DNA of 51,899 nt, filler included, from Basidioascus undulatus (taxonomy: Eukaryota), in the NCBI GenBank assembly GCA_000826855.1. It is 3 parts of 3 records of this genome, joined end to end, with 100 filler letters (N's around TTAATTAATTAA, not from the genome) between each part and the next. Parts side by side here need not be neighbours in the genome. Positions count along the whole stretch, not along the records: positions 20,132 to 35,970 come from JTLS01000621.1; positions 36,071 to 51,899 come from JTLS01000622.1; 1 more part is not named here. One strand, given 5' to 3'. The notes under the pieces are model-generated. The model was not told the origin of the DNA. It searched no databases and saw only the letters and a list, made by a program, of their open reading frames with translations. The position numbers and the translations under genes are program-made. Position 1 is the first letter of the stretch. The number at the start of each line of letters is the position of its first letter. Positions 35,548 through 50,109 of the stretch are shown here, one piece after another.

Positions 35548-35970
35548 TAAAGATGAGACAGGAGTGCAGGCAGTACTCTGTTGTTCGTCTGGACCACGCA
35601 TTGACATTCCCAACATCCAGAGCTACCAAGCTCTTCATCAAGCAGTCTAAAACTTTGGCTGTCCCTCGGTATCTCCCTGGCTGTTCAACTACTCCACTGC
35701 GTCGGTCAATGACCAGACTATCATGCGAATGTCACGAGCGCTGTGCAGGCGCTCCAGTTTTGCTCTTCAACAGCGTTGAACGTCCCTCCTGAATACATAC
35801 CATATGTTTTGATACGCTGATGATAGTTAGTTAGGCGTTAAGAGCTCTGATGCGACGCCGCTAGTGGGCAACAGGAGGGGATACAGGAGCGGGAAGGGGC
35901 CAGGCCAGCACCAAAACCACGTGGGCGAAAGCTTTGCACCAGCAGGAGAAGAATAGACTATGTAGGGATG

Positions 35971-36070
35971 NNNNNNNNNNNNNNNNNNNNNNNNNNNNNN
36001 NNNNNNNNNNNNNNTTAATTAATTAANNNNNNNNNNNNNNNNNNNNNNNNNNNNNNNNNNNNNNNNNNNN
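35971..36070. other. Artificial contig spacer
   Basis: 100-nt N block with TTAATTAATTAA at 36015-36026. Confidence 0.97.
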
Positions 36071-38275
<2,205 letters not shown>

Positions 38276-38469
38276 GGCGGGGAGAGGCGCTGCGAGAGGG
38301 GTGGCGGTATTCATTATTTGAAAGAGGGATGATTTGTGATAGAGAGTGAGGGTTCGGGCATTTGTGTGCGTATGGATGCGCATAAGGGAAGGAGCTCGGT
38401 GCACCTCAAAATCCTTTCTTGCTCCTCGTTGATTTGCCCGGGCTCTCAATGCTGCTGGAAGGTTTACTT

Positions 38470-39620
38470 TCTGTCTCATTGAATCATATCGGACACGTTG
38501 CAAGGCTTCTGACTTCTATAGTTGAGAGATACCTCGCGTCGGGGAGGAACAAATGGCAATTTCATTCGCACATTCGCAACGTGGGAAGCTACAGCGCGAA
38601 GGTTAGAAGGAGCCTGGCTGAGGCCGGCGACCAGAAAGTCAAGGTGCCAACCGTCCAGAAAGTGAACCGATCGACATATTTCAAGGTCGGTGACGGGACA
38701 CCTCAGTCGGCCCAAGACCGACAGAGGGCATGTTCCGTGTATGGCCAGAACACGAAGAGAGGAGGGGAAGACGAATGGGTACGGATAGTCCTCGGGATGC
38801 AGGATGATTTCGAGCCGCTGCACCGAGTCGCCATGCCGTTCCGCGAAAGGAAGAAGACCCTCGCTTTGCTCGAGCTTGAGAAGTGTAGACTGACTTCGAT
38901 GAGCGAGGGAAAGCTGGCGCTCACGAGTGTGTCGACAAAGCTTCGGCTGGGCACACCGTCGGCGGACCAGTGCAGCTTCCGCAGACTGGGTAGGCTGAGC
39001 GGCAGCGCCACCGATATTGAATGGGCGTGGGAATCGTGTCCCTCAGCCTGGGTGGTCGAAAGAGTTTGAAGAACAGAGAGCTTCGATGGCTGCTCGATCA
39101 CGGAATCATCGACGACGCCGATGCGGATAGTCAGAGAGGTGAGCGATGAATGAGACCGTTGGGCGAGAATGTCGAGCATAGGTGCATCAGCTCGAAAGAC
39201 TTCGTTGTCCAGATCGAGAGTCCGAAGACAGTGAGTTTGAGAGAAGATGCTGAGAAGAGTGGCATGGCTCGACTGGCTGAGCCGGAGCCCAATTTCGAAG
39301 CTGCGAATATGACGCCCGCGAAGGTCGCTGCGACCACTGCAGTCGACGAGGTGGCAATCAAGAGCGGCAATGGAGCGGTCCGATGACACATGAACATCAG
39401 GGGATAGTACCGGGGTACCGACAGACTGGGTGAGAATATTCACTTATGAGTGGAAGAAGACGAACTACGACGGGCGGAAGACGCACCGACCACGTGCAGA
39501 CCAAGTGGATCGACGTGAGTGTGCGGACAGCGAAGTAGGGACTGGCGACAACGCGGATTGGCAGAATACGTTGTTGAGAACGTCGGCGGGAAGACGCGTA
39601 CCCATTTTGTAGGAAGTGGG
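38470..39620 (-). pseudogene. F-box/LRR-like gene, degraded
   Basis: F-box-like LPADVLNNVF near 39590 and LRR-like strands (LRTLDL, LTSLTI, LPSLRKLHW, MQRLEI, SLRVLAI) interrupted by stops and frame changes. Confidence 0.55.
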
Positions 39621-40734
39621 TAGTGAGAGTAAGAGGTGAGGTGAGGAGGACCGGGAGCCGGGCGCCCCGCCACTGGGTCCCTGGACTCCTTTCAGGGGGC
39701 CGGTCGATGTTTCGTCTTCGCCTCGACACTGACATCATTCTCTTCACCTTTTCCAGCTTATGTTTTACCTTTTAGATACCAATCATTGGAAAGAAAATTG
39801 TGAAGAAACCAACTCACGATGAATCCCATTCAGCATTAATTGGTCTGGCACTCTAACGGCGCTTCACCAGTGTCCTCCAACCGGAGGACCGCGCGAGGCG
39901 AAATCCATGTTTTACCTGAACGCTTTGAACCCTGGTGCAATCTCTGTAGATAGACAACAGCGGAAGCTCTTGAGACGTCAGTTTCAGCTACAGACCTGGC
40001 GTCTGCCTCCGAAGACTAAACACGTTGTTCACGTGTAAGACTTGAGACCAAGTTGGATACAATACAATTTAAGTTACAAGGAAATATGTTACACTGGAAC
40101 CAGACGAGCGAGCGAAGATATCGGGAACGCGGGGAACCTGACGCCAACAGCAACGCTGAGTGTGAACAAGCAGCGGCCAGGCACCGGTCTATGCAGAAGG
40201 CGGGGTAATCCCAACTATTAATCTTCTTGGATTTTTCACATGCGGCCAGTTCTGTGCCAATCCCGCTCGGTTCGATTTGCTCCGAGTCCAGTGCCTGAGC
40301 TCCCGCGGCGCCTTGACTATTCACGCTGCTAATTCGCGCACGCTCGCAATGCACAACGGGGAGGAGGAGAGATAACAGAATGGTACCTGCTACCTAGGTG
40401 ATCTCTCCGTCTGTGACCTTGAAAGGGCATGGTGATCGCCAATCCACAGAAGAAAACCAACTGCGAAGTGTATCAGCGAGAGGGCGAGAGAGGTCTGGCG
40501 AAACGGACAAGATAAGCCAGCCGAACTTAATGAAGTTAGGCTGAACAGGATGGTCCTTGTTTGAAGTAGAGACTTTCGGCTAAGATCTTCGGCGGTTACG
40601 TGAAACAAACACGTTGGTTCCGCTTGCGCTCGTAGGCCTTCACCCCGACCCACATCTCCCACCGCCACGAAAGATCAAGCTCGAGCTTCCTCATAGTAAC
40701 ATCCCTCATACTGGCACAAACAGGGTCGAGGACA

Positions 40735-41636
40735 ATGCCACTGTCGATCCCATTTGACATCATTGCAGAGGTCGTCTCGCAGCTGGCCACTCCTTCGCAT
40801 CCGCTCGCCTACGGCCGGCCCAGCGACGAGAACGCTTTTGGCCCTGACTGTCGTCTCGAGGGATGTCAAGGATATAGCCCTTCCCTGTCTATATCGTACT
40901 CTCTCTGGCTCGCTTGCCATGTCGCTCGCCGGAATGCTGCCTAGCGCCGGCAGGCCGGTTCACCTCATCGATTCCATCGCCTTTTGCGACGTGCAAGGGA
41001 TTATGAATTCGCCTAAAGGCCTTCCCCGAGGAGTCTCTGAATAGGCTTTGACCAATCTCATAAAAGCCAGCGGGCAGAATCTGACTCGCCTGGCGGTCGA
41101 ATGCGACTTTCTGCCCGCTTCGAGTATGCTTGCGTCGAGGCGATAGGGTCTCCTCGAACTTGAAGAGCTAGCACTGCTGAGTACGGCTAATTTCGGGGTA
41201 GACACATTGTCCCCCTTCGACCTGATTCTGGCTTGGCCGGTAGCAGCTGCACTTCAGTGATTGTGCCTCGAGCATGCCTTGTTCACGTTGAACACTGCTG
41301 TCCTCTGTGCTAATCTTACTGGCAAAACTCATGTCGTTCTGGCTCGTTCCCGGAGGCAGTCCGGGGTGTATCTCTGAATCTCTTCTGGCAATGCCAGGCC
41401 TACGACGTGTCCTTCTCATCACTTTCAAGGACTATGGTCTCCAGCCGGAGCAACAGTCTCTCCAAGAGGAGTCTGAGGGCAGAAGCCTATGGATTTCGGT
41501 CTTATTCTGCACTGAAGTGGAACATGCTTGGAACACGAGGCGTGATGGAAGCGACTCCCTTGAGGACACCTTGCAGGACGGCACACTTTGGGACACGGAG
41601 GGCATGAGTGTGGAAGAGGCGTTGAAGACATTCTGA
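40735..41636 (+). pseudogene. Orphan F-box-like family pseudogene, paralog of 835-1953
   Basis: MPLSIPFDIIAEVV, then a frameshift to RTLLALTVVSRDVKDIALPCLYR, internal TAG stops, NLTRLAV, PGLRRVLLI and LQDGTLWD. Confidence 0.65.
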
Positions 41637-41912
41637 ACTTGAGATGATTCGGGAGGGCCGGTTCCGGTTGAATCGGGCAAATAAATGTTGTCTTTGTCCT
41701 TGCGCAATTTACGGGGTTTTTTTTTTGTGCTGTAAATACCCAGTAAGGACCAGCGGTATCCTGTGCGGCGAAGTGTGGGCGGCGACGTCCGGTGCGGCCG
41801 GCAACTCGTGCCGGCACTCGACGTGGACAATCAGACGAACGTCCCCCACGTCCCTTTTGTAAACATCGACCAGTTTCCCTCTATTTGCAACAAAAGCACT
41901 CGTATCGAGAGA

Positions 41913-43108
41913 ATGTCTCCCGAAACACCCCTTCTTACTATCGACCGCTCCTTAAAAGCTCGACTGAAGGAGCGAGTCGTGCTCGTCACGGGAGGGTGTG
42001 CAGGCAAGTCCCTCGTTGGAGGCCTCAGTCAATCCCACCGTACTCACGTATTGTATCCTATCCCATTCCAGGCATCGGCCTTGCTGCTGTGCGCTCGTTC
42101 CACGAGGTCGGCTGCAACGTAGTTGTCGGCGACCTCGGGCCCCCTCCTGCATGCGAAGCCTTGTTCAGTTCGAGTCGCACGATTTATCGGCGCACGGACG
42201 TTACCAAGTACGCCGAGCAGCTGGCACTGTTCAGAGCTGCAGAGACAAAATGGGGCGTGTGGCCGGATATCGTGCTGGTAAACGCCGGCATTGGAGAGAA
42301 AGGCGACGCGCGTAAGTAGCATCATGCAGAAGCATATCCCGCACGTCGGCTCACACTTCCTTTGCCAACAAGCAGTGCTCGAATGGTCTGACGATGTTGA
42401 CCAGGAACCAGACCATAAGACCGTGCTGGTCGACCTCGTTGCAGCAGCCATGACCGTCCGGCTCGCAATGTACGGCATGCGCAAGAATGGGCGAGGAGGG
42501 AGCATTGTACTCACAGCAAGTATGGCCGGCTACATGGGGCAGCCTGGTCTACCAATGTGTAAGGTTCTGAGGAGAGATGTTCAGAGGAGCGAAATCTGAA
42601 GACAAAACCCCACAGACAACGCAGCCAAACATGGCCTGATCGGGCTCATGCGGTCGTTGAGATACACTGCGCCGCGGGCGGTGCGTGCTTCTTTCTCAAC
42701 GGTTTGAAACTTCCAAGTTATAGGATTCCGATCTGACAAGTGAAGATACAGGAAATCGCCGTTTCCCTCGTCGCACCCGCAATTACCGCGACAACTCTCG
42801 TAGGGTCCGATGCGCAGCCCACAGAAGGCGGCACGCTTTCTCTGGTCCCCGCACTTCGCGCGGCCGGAGTCCCACTCAACACCCCCGAAGACGTAGCAGA
42901 TGTCTCGGTCTATCTTGCCGCACTGGGACCGAAGGCGAACGGGTACGGCGTGATGGTGCAAGGCGGCAAAGCGGCGAATGTCGAAGCTGGGGTGATGCGA
43001 GCGAGGAAGCTTTGGATGGGCGGCGAGATGGACAGAGAGTACCGCAAGGGGAAGGATGAAGGGGTGTTCGACAAGGGAGAGCAGAACAAGAAAGAAAGCA
43101 AGTTGTGA
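41913..43108 (+). CDS. Short-chain dehydrogenase/reductase with C-terminal PTS1 (SKL)
   Basis: VVLVTGGCA|GIG, DIVLVNAGI, IVLTASMAG, spliced PM|YNAAKHG (YxxxK), VSLVAP, ending KKESKL*. The first intron is GC-AG. Confidence 0.92.
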
Positions 43109-43955
43109 TGTACCTCGACGCGACCATTTCAATTGTGTAACCATCGCTATGCATGCGCATGTGCACATTAAGACGTATGGAAGTGAGCCTACTGATATCG
43201 AGGCTACAAAAACTTCCCAGAACCTGATGATGTCGGTCGGGCCAGTTGTTCCCAGGCTACACTTTCGACTTCTCCGCTCTAGCAGCGTTGACATCTCGCG
43301 TTTTGCCCCCCCGCGACCCGAAAGCCTGTTCTCTCAAGACCAGACAGGTCAGAAGTGTGTGTTTTCAAATAACTCAGTTACCCTCACCATCTCGTCGACA
43401 ATCTTGCAGACCGTGTCCCCCATTAGCAGTAGTCGCCATAAGACGGCGTATGTAGCGACGCTGTTGTACAATTTCATTTCAGCCAAACAGTACCTGAACC
43501 GATGTGTGGGCGTACCCTATCACGACCACAATGGTTACAACGATCTTTGTCGGTATCGTTGATGCAAGTGGTTGCGGTTGATAGAGGAACGCTACCAGAG
43601 CGGCAACTGCCGAAGTTGATACAGTGCACTCAGCAACCTGTACTGCCTAGTAACTGTCAATGCAAGTGTCACCAAAGAGAAGTGTACACCTGTGAAGTTA
43701 GAATGGATTGGTTGTACACCTGGTTGGATTTCAGGGACTGTGTTGCCTACCATGACTGCCACACGATCGGCACGGAAAGCATGATTGGAACTGCGTAGAA
43801 AGCGGTCAGTCTCGCATTCGCGGCGGGATAACACAGGACCCACACATGCACGGATAGTCCTCGGCTATAAAAAAAACATATTCAGAATTGATCCAAGAAG
43901 CCTGTCAAGTTATACTCACTATATCTCTGTATGTTCGGCGCGAAGTCTTCAGGCA

Positions 43956-45203
43956 TCAACTCAGTCCGCTTCTCACTTTTTGGAGCTGAAAACTCACCTT
44001 TAGAACCTCTGAAGGAATAGGCTTTCGTCCCTCCCGCACTTGCTCGATTTCAGTGTAATTCCTTTGGTCATGTGAAGTCAGACGCACCTCCAATCGCCAC
44101 GACAGGGCCGTTCCAGTTATCAGGCCGAACAAGGCGCAGACGACCGCGATGAATGCAAGCCCACGGGCGACATGCCCCACTTGGCCGCTGAAAGTGAGTT
44201 TTGGTAAGCTTTGCGTATCTGTACGGTCAATATTGACAGCATACCAAACAAGGAAACCATTGCCCACTCTTTGCATGAGCGTCAGCAGAAATACTAGCAC
44301 ATGGGACGTTCCGCACGGCTCACCCGAGAATCAGAGTACTGATGACATTGGTTGCGAGATATTCTTGGGCTCTATGTCCAACGGTGTATACTTGATGGGT
44401 TTCTATCGAGAGAGCGCACAAGAAGGGCAGAATCATACGCACTGTCGTTCCTTGAACTTCCTCCACTTCTCCGCCCGTTTCTTCTCATCCTTGGCCATCT
44501 GCGGGCGGATGCATCTGGAATAGGGATTCCTCAGAAAAGAGGGGGGGGGGGACTCTTCCGTCTATATGAACATGCGTAGAAGAACTGACCTCCGAATGTA
44601 CTCTGGCTGTATGCTTCGGCAAGTCAGCAAGCAGTCCGATGCAGGAGATTGCACACCGTACCGGGTAACCCAAGAACTGCGTCATGCGAAAGCATCAGCT
44701 TGACAAACCGTTTCAATTAGGGGAAGCTTTTAGCCCACCAACAACCGTGACCACAGCCAGTGATACCAGTTCTGTTCCAGACACGACAGCATTGTCAGTG
44801 TCGTCGCTGTACCCACATTCACCCCCAGTCTCCACCGCGACCACCAGTTGAAAAGAATCGAACGTACATCCCAGCTCAGAGACATAGCAATCATCTGCGC
44901 CCTGAGTGAGTACATTTGCGGGTTGGGAAGGAGGTATCGGAACTCGTTCTCCTCGGGCTGGGTATACTCGGGCGGGGGGTCGCTCTCGCGTCGTCGCTGC
45001 TGTTGACTGTTCTCCTGCCCGTCGCCGCTCGGTTGCCCATTCCCAGCTCCCCCACCGCCCCTTTCATGATGGCAACGACCCCCATGGGATCCGTGATCGG
45101 AACCCTTCGAGTGTTTCTCGCGCGAGCGCGACCGCTTCGTCTCGTGGGAGGTTTCTTCGTCGGGGACGGACTTTGCGACCATGCCGCCCGTCGACTTCGA
45201 CAT
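43956..45203 (-). CDS. Hypothetical membrane protein (may be degraded)
   Basis: Hydrophilic N-terminus with PPPEY, then hydrophobic exons (VLVFLLTLM..., LAFIAVVCALFGLITGTAL). The exon chain was not fully resolved. Confidence 0.4.
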
Positions 45204-45836
45204 TGTTGGGGGTTATTCCGGAAGAAGGGGTACGTTGTATGATTGTGAAGAGGTCGACGACGGGATGCAGTGGTGAGGGACGATGATATCGCTGAGAAGC
45301 CGTGCTGGAATGTGGGCCACGCTCCGAGTGATTGCGCAGACAATTGCCAGCGAACCGAATAAGCGAGGCACTTCCCAGTGGCCGTGAGCGCCCCGTAGCG
45401 CTGGAATGCGGTCACTGAAACGGCAGGCAGCGAGGTAAGATAAGGGTCGCCCAGAGCTTGACTTGACTCCCGAGGCTGTCCCGTGGCCGGAAGCTTCGAG
45501 ACTGCCAGCGTCGTTGAATACCCTGCGCCGTCGGTTTACGTCTGGGACTACGTTTTGATGTCAACAATCACATTCCAGTTGGAAAGAGTATTGGTTTACC
45601 TCACATGTGTTGGCGGTGCATGAGAGCCTAGCGGAGAGGAACTGCAACCTTCCGGCTGGAGTTTAAGCGCAGCTGGCGCCGACCATACAGGCAAGGCTGG
45701 TCAGCTGAACTCGACGACCACAGAAAAGAACATGAATGCGAATGTGGCATAAAAACGTCAAAATAAATGAACAATCACAAGAAAAGCCCCTTCAGCCGAG
45801 GTCCATCAAACCGCCCAGGGCCACCACCAAGGCTCG

Positions 45837-48008
45837 CTAGTATGGCTGAATCGCCTTCTGCAGAATGCGAGCAAACATTACGTCAGTACTAACCACCACG
45901 TCACAAGAAAAGCGGAAGAGACGAACGATGCGAATAAACCTGGCGAGATCCACAAACAACGCCGTGGCCTCCTCACCCGTCGGAAGGATCTCGCTCGCGG
46001 GCAAGAGGAAACCGTGCTGTGTGTCGCAAGGAGGTCAGCGAAGCAGCGCAACCGAACAGAGCTTTTTGAAGGGGACTGGGAAACTTACGATACCCGTGTC
46101 ACGCAGCTCGATGGAATACGACCACTTGGCGCCGGCCTCGGCGTACGCCCAGTCGAGCGCGTCGCCGGACTCGGTGTAAGTCACCTCGCAGACGGAGCCA
46201 ACCTGCAGCAAAGAGAAGTCGACATCAGCTGGAAGACCGCAGCGTGCATGGAAGACGGGAAGGATGGACCTTGAACGGCTTCTTGTGGACCTTGCTCCCG
46301 GCCTTCGCCGCGCCCAGGGCACCCTCGTGCAGGTCCTCCTCGGCGGCAGGCAGGGCGTCGCACGAGTATGCGTACGGCCAGAGGACTGCGGGTGCAGGCG
46401 GTGTCAGTCGACCGGAGCCTGAAAGCGATGGTTATGAAGCGGAAGTACTGCAGACGCACTCATTTGGCCGTAGGAATGGAGGTCGATGAAGCCCGTCAGG
46501 TGCTCGGTCGAGCGCAGCACGTCCGCGAGCGCCGCCGTCTCGGGCGCGGAGAACGGCGAGGAGCCGGGGAACGACTCCGAGCATGGCCCGAGCTGCCCGG
46601 GAGACCATTGGTACCCCCACTGTCATGGTACGGGTGTCAGCATGTTGCGCCATTGGCTGAGAAAAAGCGTACGGGGACAAGGATGGGCGAGAAGGGAGAA
46701 CAAGAACCGATTGACGCACGTTGCGATTCAAGTCCGTGCCGACGCAGCCAGACTCGGGATCGGCGACCTGCCGGTTCTTACGCCAAAGCCGGTTTGTCGT
46801 AAAGGTATAGTCATAGCTTCCAAGCGGCCCCGACGTTAGCCGAAAAACGTTGCGAGATGTAGACCTTCAGCGGAGAGACTGGGTGACTCACCCGTCCGGG
46901 TTGGTGACGGGAACGAAGGTGATATCAAATGTGTTGAGGATGAGTTCAGCGTCTTTGCGTGAAAGCTCTGAAGAGGATGTCGTCTTATTCGCGCCGAGGA
47001 GGAGCGTGTGGGCGAGGTAGAGCGCGGTCGAAGTTGAGATCCACTGCATCCATCGCCGGTGCACGTCAGTCTGATATGTCTTCTCAACATCATAGACGAA
47101 CATACGCACCTCGCGCGCATGCTGGTTCGCAGCAATGACCAGCCCGAGCTTGTGGCTCAGCTTCCTCTTCTTCCCGTCCTTCTGCAACGACGCCCGCAGT
47201 CCATCGCCCTCCTGCGGCGGCTTCCCGACCTTGAGGGCCCAGATCTCGCGGCCCTCCGCGCTGTGTCCCACTGTCTCAACGCGTGCGAGCTCGGGCCACT
47301 CCTCCGCGAGCGCGTTCAGGAACGGCTTGACCTCCGCGGAAGGGTGGTACGCGGTGTAGAATGGCGAGCGCGTCCCGTTAGTGAGGTACTCGGGCGCGGA
47401 CGGGTCCCACGGGGGGATGGGCTCGGGACGAGACTTCTTGGGCTTCTTCTTCTTCTTCTTGTCTTTGTGGTGCGAGGAAGACGAAGAAGAGGCATCAGAG
47501 GACGAGAGAGGTGAGACGAGCAGGTCGGAGACGGAGGGGACGATTGTTGTAATCGGGGAGGGGCTATATTGAGCAAGAGCAGAGAGGGCGAATGAGGGCG
47601 GTAGAAGGAGGTCGATATGTGTTGGTGTGCTGGACCAGACGTCGAGGTGGAGCAGCTGTGCAGGAAGGGTGTCCACCAGCGCCGATAAGCCTTGCCCCCC
47701 TCTCTCGCCTCACCGAAGATTCAAGTCGCTCTCACCTTGGCAATATCCCTCACGGAATCCCTCTCCTCCACACCGTCCACCCGGACCCGCACAACCTCGT
47801 ATCCATCCCAAATCGAGTCGTCCCTGACCGGGCCACCTTCGCCGCCGCCGAGCACGATCTGGTGCCCGGGCGCCTGTGGCGATAGCTCTGGCCTTTGGTG
47901 CGCCGTTGTCGGCCGCCCGAGGGAAGACGCAAGCTCCGGGGGAAGAACTATGTATGCCGACGTCGTTGCCAGAAGGGAGGCGAGCGTTAGAAAAGGCGTG
48001 GAGCGCAT
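45837..48008 (-). CDS. Secreted zinc carboxypeptidase, M14A family (Ecm14-like)
   Basis: Signal peptide, propeptide (LDVWS), GHSAEGREI, QHARE|WIS, VTNPDG|Y, LWRKNR, DLNRN, FIDLHSYGQ, SGDALDW and SIELRDTG|HGFLLP. Confidence 0.93.
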
Positions 48009-48082
48009 TGTGGGCGGGGATGAGCGTGGGAGGCAACCGAGGGCGCGAGTACGGGCAAGGCCAGTCGCCTGTCCCGGGTCTG

Positions 48083-48088
48083 TTTATA
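48083..48088 (-). promoter_or_regulatory. TATA box of the carboxypeptidase gene
   Basis: TATAAA on the minus strand about 75 nt upstream of the ATG. Confidence 0.45.
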
Positions 48089-48573
48089 TGATGCCTGCAG
48101 CAGGGTTTCCCTTTCACTTCACGGTGAATTTAGCCTTCAAGCTCGAATGCTTCAGGGTGGTAGGATTCTTGGCTAAACCGGTACCCAACTAATGGAGCTC
48201 CCCCACCACAGGAACATCGATTCGTTTTACCATTATCTTGCTGGCTTTCACGATGGAAGCCCCGCGCTCCGAGTCCACTGCACTGGGGCTCATAAGCCCA
48301 ACACGCCTCTTCCCTACTCTTCCCGAAATTACAATGGCCGGGCTCAAAGTCGTTCTACCCAATCTGACATTGTGAACGTCGCCCGAGCAACTCCAGGGGC
48401 CATTCAATTCAAAGTCTGCATCCCATCTCAGGCACACACGGCCTGCTCACGCGACGACGGTATCTTTCCACCGTTGCCCCTGGATATCCTCGGCCCGACC
48501 GCCGTCTCGTTCGTTCCATCTTTCTTCCATCTCTCCTTTATCCCCTCCTTCTGAAGCTCTCATCATCCTTGCC

Positions 48574-50109
48574 ATGTCCATTCGATCCATAGTCCTCTCT
48601 GTCGAGGAGAAAGCCTCCGGCGTGCTCACGCTGCAGCATGCCCAGCGAGCGCTCGAGGCGCTGCACGAGGATGGGATCGTCCTGATTGAGGATGCCGTGG
48701 ACCACGCCCATCTAGACAAGGTGAGTGTCATGATTAGTAGGTTGGACATGGACCTTGTGACTCAAAGGTGTGGGCACTACACAGCTCAACGAGCAGATGG
48801 TCAAGGATGCCTTCACTTTGAGGGAGTGCGTCGGTACTGATTCTTCCATACCTCATTTTCAAGCATCCCTAACAGATTCATACCTGCAGCTCCTTGAACT
48901 CTCCCTACAACTACAGTCCGCCCCATCTCTTCGTCTTCCTACCTCTCCCTCTCAACGATCCAAACAGACCGCGGCAACATCCAGCAAGACCCGCCGCCGA
49001 CGCCCGATCTCTTCTTCCCGGACGTCTTTCTCAACCCGTTCGCCGTGCAGGTGTCAAACGCATACCTTGGCCACCGGCCCAAGATGACTTTCAACTCTGG
49101 TGTGCGTCCTCTGCTGCGTTCTCAGCTTGCCCTCGTTCTGATAGGTAAAACGCGGCTGGGCTATACTTTACAGAACACGGCTTTGCGCGGGACCGAGAGC
49201 CAGCCGGTGCACACAGACGCAGATATCGCATTCCCCAATGTTTTTCTCCTTCCCCAAGCATCCCCTTCCAACTTAGTCTGAGACCAAGACGGAGAATGGC
49301 AGATACCATTCGCGGTGGTCATCAACACTGGCCTGGTGCGTCACCCCCTGGCAACTTCCCTTCCCCATCAGAAAGTAATATATTTGACCAAAAGATTGAG
49401 ATGAACCCCACAAACGGCTCGACCGAGCTATGGCTAGGCACGCATCCCATGGCAACTCTCGAGAAGCAGTGTGTTCCCCTGTCCTCCTCGCTTCTCCTTT
49501 CACCGTTGACCCTCCCCCCACTCGCGTTCAGGGACGGCCTGCACGGCGAGCGCGCCTCCGGAATGATCAAGGCGGATCTCCTAGCAGAGCGTCGCAAGGT
49601 CAGCCCGCCGTTCCAGCCGACCGTGCCGAAAGGGGCCGTCCTCGTGCGGGACTTGCGGCTCTGGCACTGCGGGAAGCCGAACCTGACGGACGGTGCGTGG
49701 TGCTTTGAAGGTACCCAGTCCTTACGTTTGAAGCTATGAGCTTATTGTGAGGGAGTACGGTAGAGCCCCGTGTCATGCTCGCTCAGATTCAGTGAGTGTC
49801 TGCCTCTCCTCCCTCATCGCTTCTCATCCCGCAAATGAAATTGACCCCTCCGTACCCACACAGCTTCGCACCCTGGTACCGCAACCCGAGTGCGTCCTCT
49901 ATATATTCCTCACCTCAAATTCACCCTCTCGTAACCTGCCCAGCTCATGCCTTCTTACATGCGCAGTGCGCCTCGAGTTCCCCAAAGGAATGGAGGCAGT
50001 CGTCCACTCCAACCCGGACCTCGAAGTCCCCACTGACTTTGTAGACGGCACGATCGACTATCTCCGGCGCGCGTATGGAAACGCATACGACTTTGGGCAG
50101 AGCGAGTAG
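48574..50109 (+). CDS. Phytanoyl-CoA dioxygenase (PhyH) family Fe(II)/2OG oxygenase, KanJ-like
   Basis: ALHEDGIVLIEDA, YNYNRGNIQQDPP, QPVHTDAD (HxD), NGSTELWLGTH, RDLRLWHCGKPN, PRVMLA and FAPWYRN. About ten introns splice in frame. Confidence 0.92.

Noticed and set aside
41913..50109. Biosynthetic gene cluster (SDR, peptidase, dioxygenase)
   Set aside because: No core synthase, transporter or cluster regulator in the window, and the P450 is a pseudogene on a different contig.
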